DNA of 64,000 nucleotides from Octopus sinensis (Eukaryota). Under the pieces are notes generated by a model. That model saw only the letters and a program-made list of their open reading frames with translations. It was not told the DNA's origin and did no database searches. The position numbers and the translations under genes are program-made. Of this stretch, positions 62,159 to 64,000 are shown in pieces (position 1 is the stretch's first letter; each line of letters begins with the position of its first letter). Location: contig NC_043000.1 of the NCBI RefSeq assembly GCF_006345805.1, positions 131,130,001-131,194,000 on the forward strand, written 5' to 3'.

Positions 62159-63331
62159 CATTTTGGCAAATAGATAAGACACACTCAGGAAGAATATATG
62201 CACCATGGAAACAGGAAACTAGCCCTATGAATATATATGACACAGGTAGAATCTTATAGGCCATCAAAGACTGAGTTGTCTTTGATGCTTTTGTAATGTT
62301 GCTTTTTTCTAGGTAGAGGTGTTGGCTCTACGCAAGCCCAGTTTTACCTCTGGGATGAGTTGGTCCATATTATTCTGGCCTCTATCCGTTAACCTGTTCA
62401 GCACGGTAGATCCTACAAGGAGCTTGCACTCTGCTGGCATATTAAGTACTTCATACATTAGACTTTTTAATGGACTGCTCAAATAGAACTGACCATAGCC
62501 ATAACAACAATGAGTTATATGAGCTAATGCAGGCAAACCTTCCACAGGAAACTCAATTGAAAATATATACAATAGCATTTTCCTTTTCTTTGATTACCTC
62601 TCAACAACCAGCTAGCAAACAAGTATTGTCTGTTATTATAAAATGTTCTAAAAGCTTCTACTTTAGCTGGAACAAATTTTATCATTATATTTCCTAACAA
62701 TCATTTTGCTATATTTTCTTTAATAGTTGAGCAAATTTAATTGCTATTTTCTAGGAATCTATGTAGTCAAGCAACTACATAAAGTCTCCCTCATTGGCTT
62801 GTTATATTACTTGTATATTTGGGCAGATGAGATGAAAACATCTACTGATGATTGAAGCACCAGGCAAGCCACAGCATGTTACCTCATTGTAACCAGAACC
62901 TAACTGTTTTTGAGTGTGTCTTATCTATTTGCCAAAATGTCTTTGCCATTGTAACCACGAATATCTCCAACAAATTTCAGACAAACCACCTACACGCAGA
63001 TATACTGCTGCAAACAACAACTTTTTAATTGAATGGGCAATGATACCTAAAAATAACTATACAAAAATACATTACTAAATGTCCTTTCCTGGTGGTGCTA
63101 GTAAGTTAGCTATGGCCTGGGCCAATGTGGCCGAAACCTATCTAAGTATCTCAGCTGCACACACAAACCAACACTTTTCATTGCTGGCTGTTTTTTTCTT
63201 CCTTAATGCATTTGTGCAGAATCTTTATATGAAATAGCCACTTAGTTAATTAACTACAAATAAAGAAACTGAAAAGGTGGTAATTCAAACAATGTTGATC
63301 TAAGAACATTAATAGATCAGATGCTTCTTAA

Positions 63332-63552
63332 CCCTTTCGTTATCAACCCAGTTGAAACCGGCTCTTGCTCTGAGTACATATGTCTTGTTTTCATAAGTTT
63401 TAAATCAACATCTTCTACCAAACCTTAGTCACAATTTATGTTCCTGACACCAGCTGAAAGATAACTAAGTTATTTTAATAAATTTTTTTTTTATATTTAA
63501 AGTAATTGAAAGAAACACAGAACATCTCAAAATAAATACAGTAACGAAAGGG
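63332..63552. mobile_element. piggyBac-like TTAA MITE, family 1
   Basis: TTAA|CCCTTTCGTTAT ... GTAACGAAAGGG|TTAA. Confidence 0.85.
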
Positions 63553-64000
63553 TTAATGGCAAGAAGAGCTCTCATCACCTTTCACAAGGCTCCTGAGAGT
63601 GGTGGGAGAAAGTGGGGGAGAAACTATGACTCATGGGTTATCTGCAGATCAGGCAGCTGGTCCAAATGTCACAACAGAGAGAAGAATGTAACCAAAGGCA
63701 CCCAAGGGCCAGAATATGGTGTTAGAGTGGACAATGGATTAAATCTATGACTCATGAGTACATACATCTAACTGCTGCATGGTCACCATGTACCAAACTT
63801 CACTTGCATGATCTGGGCCAACATAAGACTATAATAGAAGATATATTCCCACGGTGCCATGCCTGTAGCAAGAATATATGTGAAACAATATCAAAATGCA
63901 TTTGTGAAAATACTATCTTGCAAACTTAACCCTTTGAGCCCTGACCTCCTGAACCTTATTTGACCATATACCTGGCTTCCTGATGCGCAACACTGGTAGG

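Overview
AT-rich eukaryotic DNA saturated with microsatellites and transposons. The SINE/LINE repertoire looks like an Octopus (coleoid cephalopod) genome; this is my recognition, not a database result. One host gene is supported: a + strand ankyrin-repeat/SOCS-box (ASB-type) E3-ligase adaptor of about 390 aa. Its coding exons (27206-28186, ankyrin repeats; 54251-54442, SOCS box) are joined in frame across a 26,064-bp phase-0 GT-AG intron. Nearly every other ORF in the track is a microsatellite translation or a decayed mobile element: four tRNA-derived SINE families, RTE, CR1-like and R4/Dong-like LINE fragments, Tc1/mariner copies and MITEs, piggyBac-like TTAA MITEs, non-autonomous Helitrons and Penelope-like termini. 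The most unusual signals are five. (i) A cluster of inverted repeats 0.5-1.1 kb downstream of the ASB stop, including a 130-bp perfect palindrome whose arm reads as a type I hammerhead ribozyme and ends in the first canonical AATAAA after the stop. (ii) A nearly intact hammerhead on the minus strand inside the ASB intron. (iii) Two Helitrons fused head-to-head with 70-bp perfect outer inverted repeats. (iv) A CpG-rich, YY1/NRF1-motif promoter-like island in the intron. (v) A mariner built from two 5' ends. No rRNA, bona fide tRNA or CRISPR array was found. Repeat boundaries were set by eye and are approximate unless TIR/TSD positions are given.
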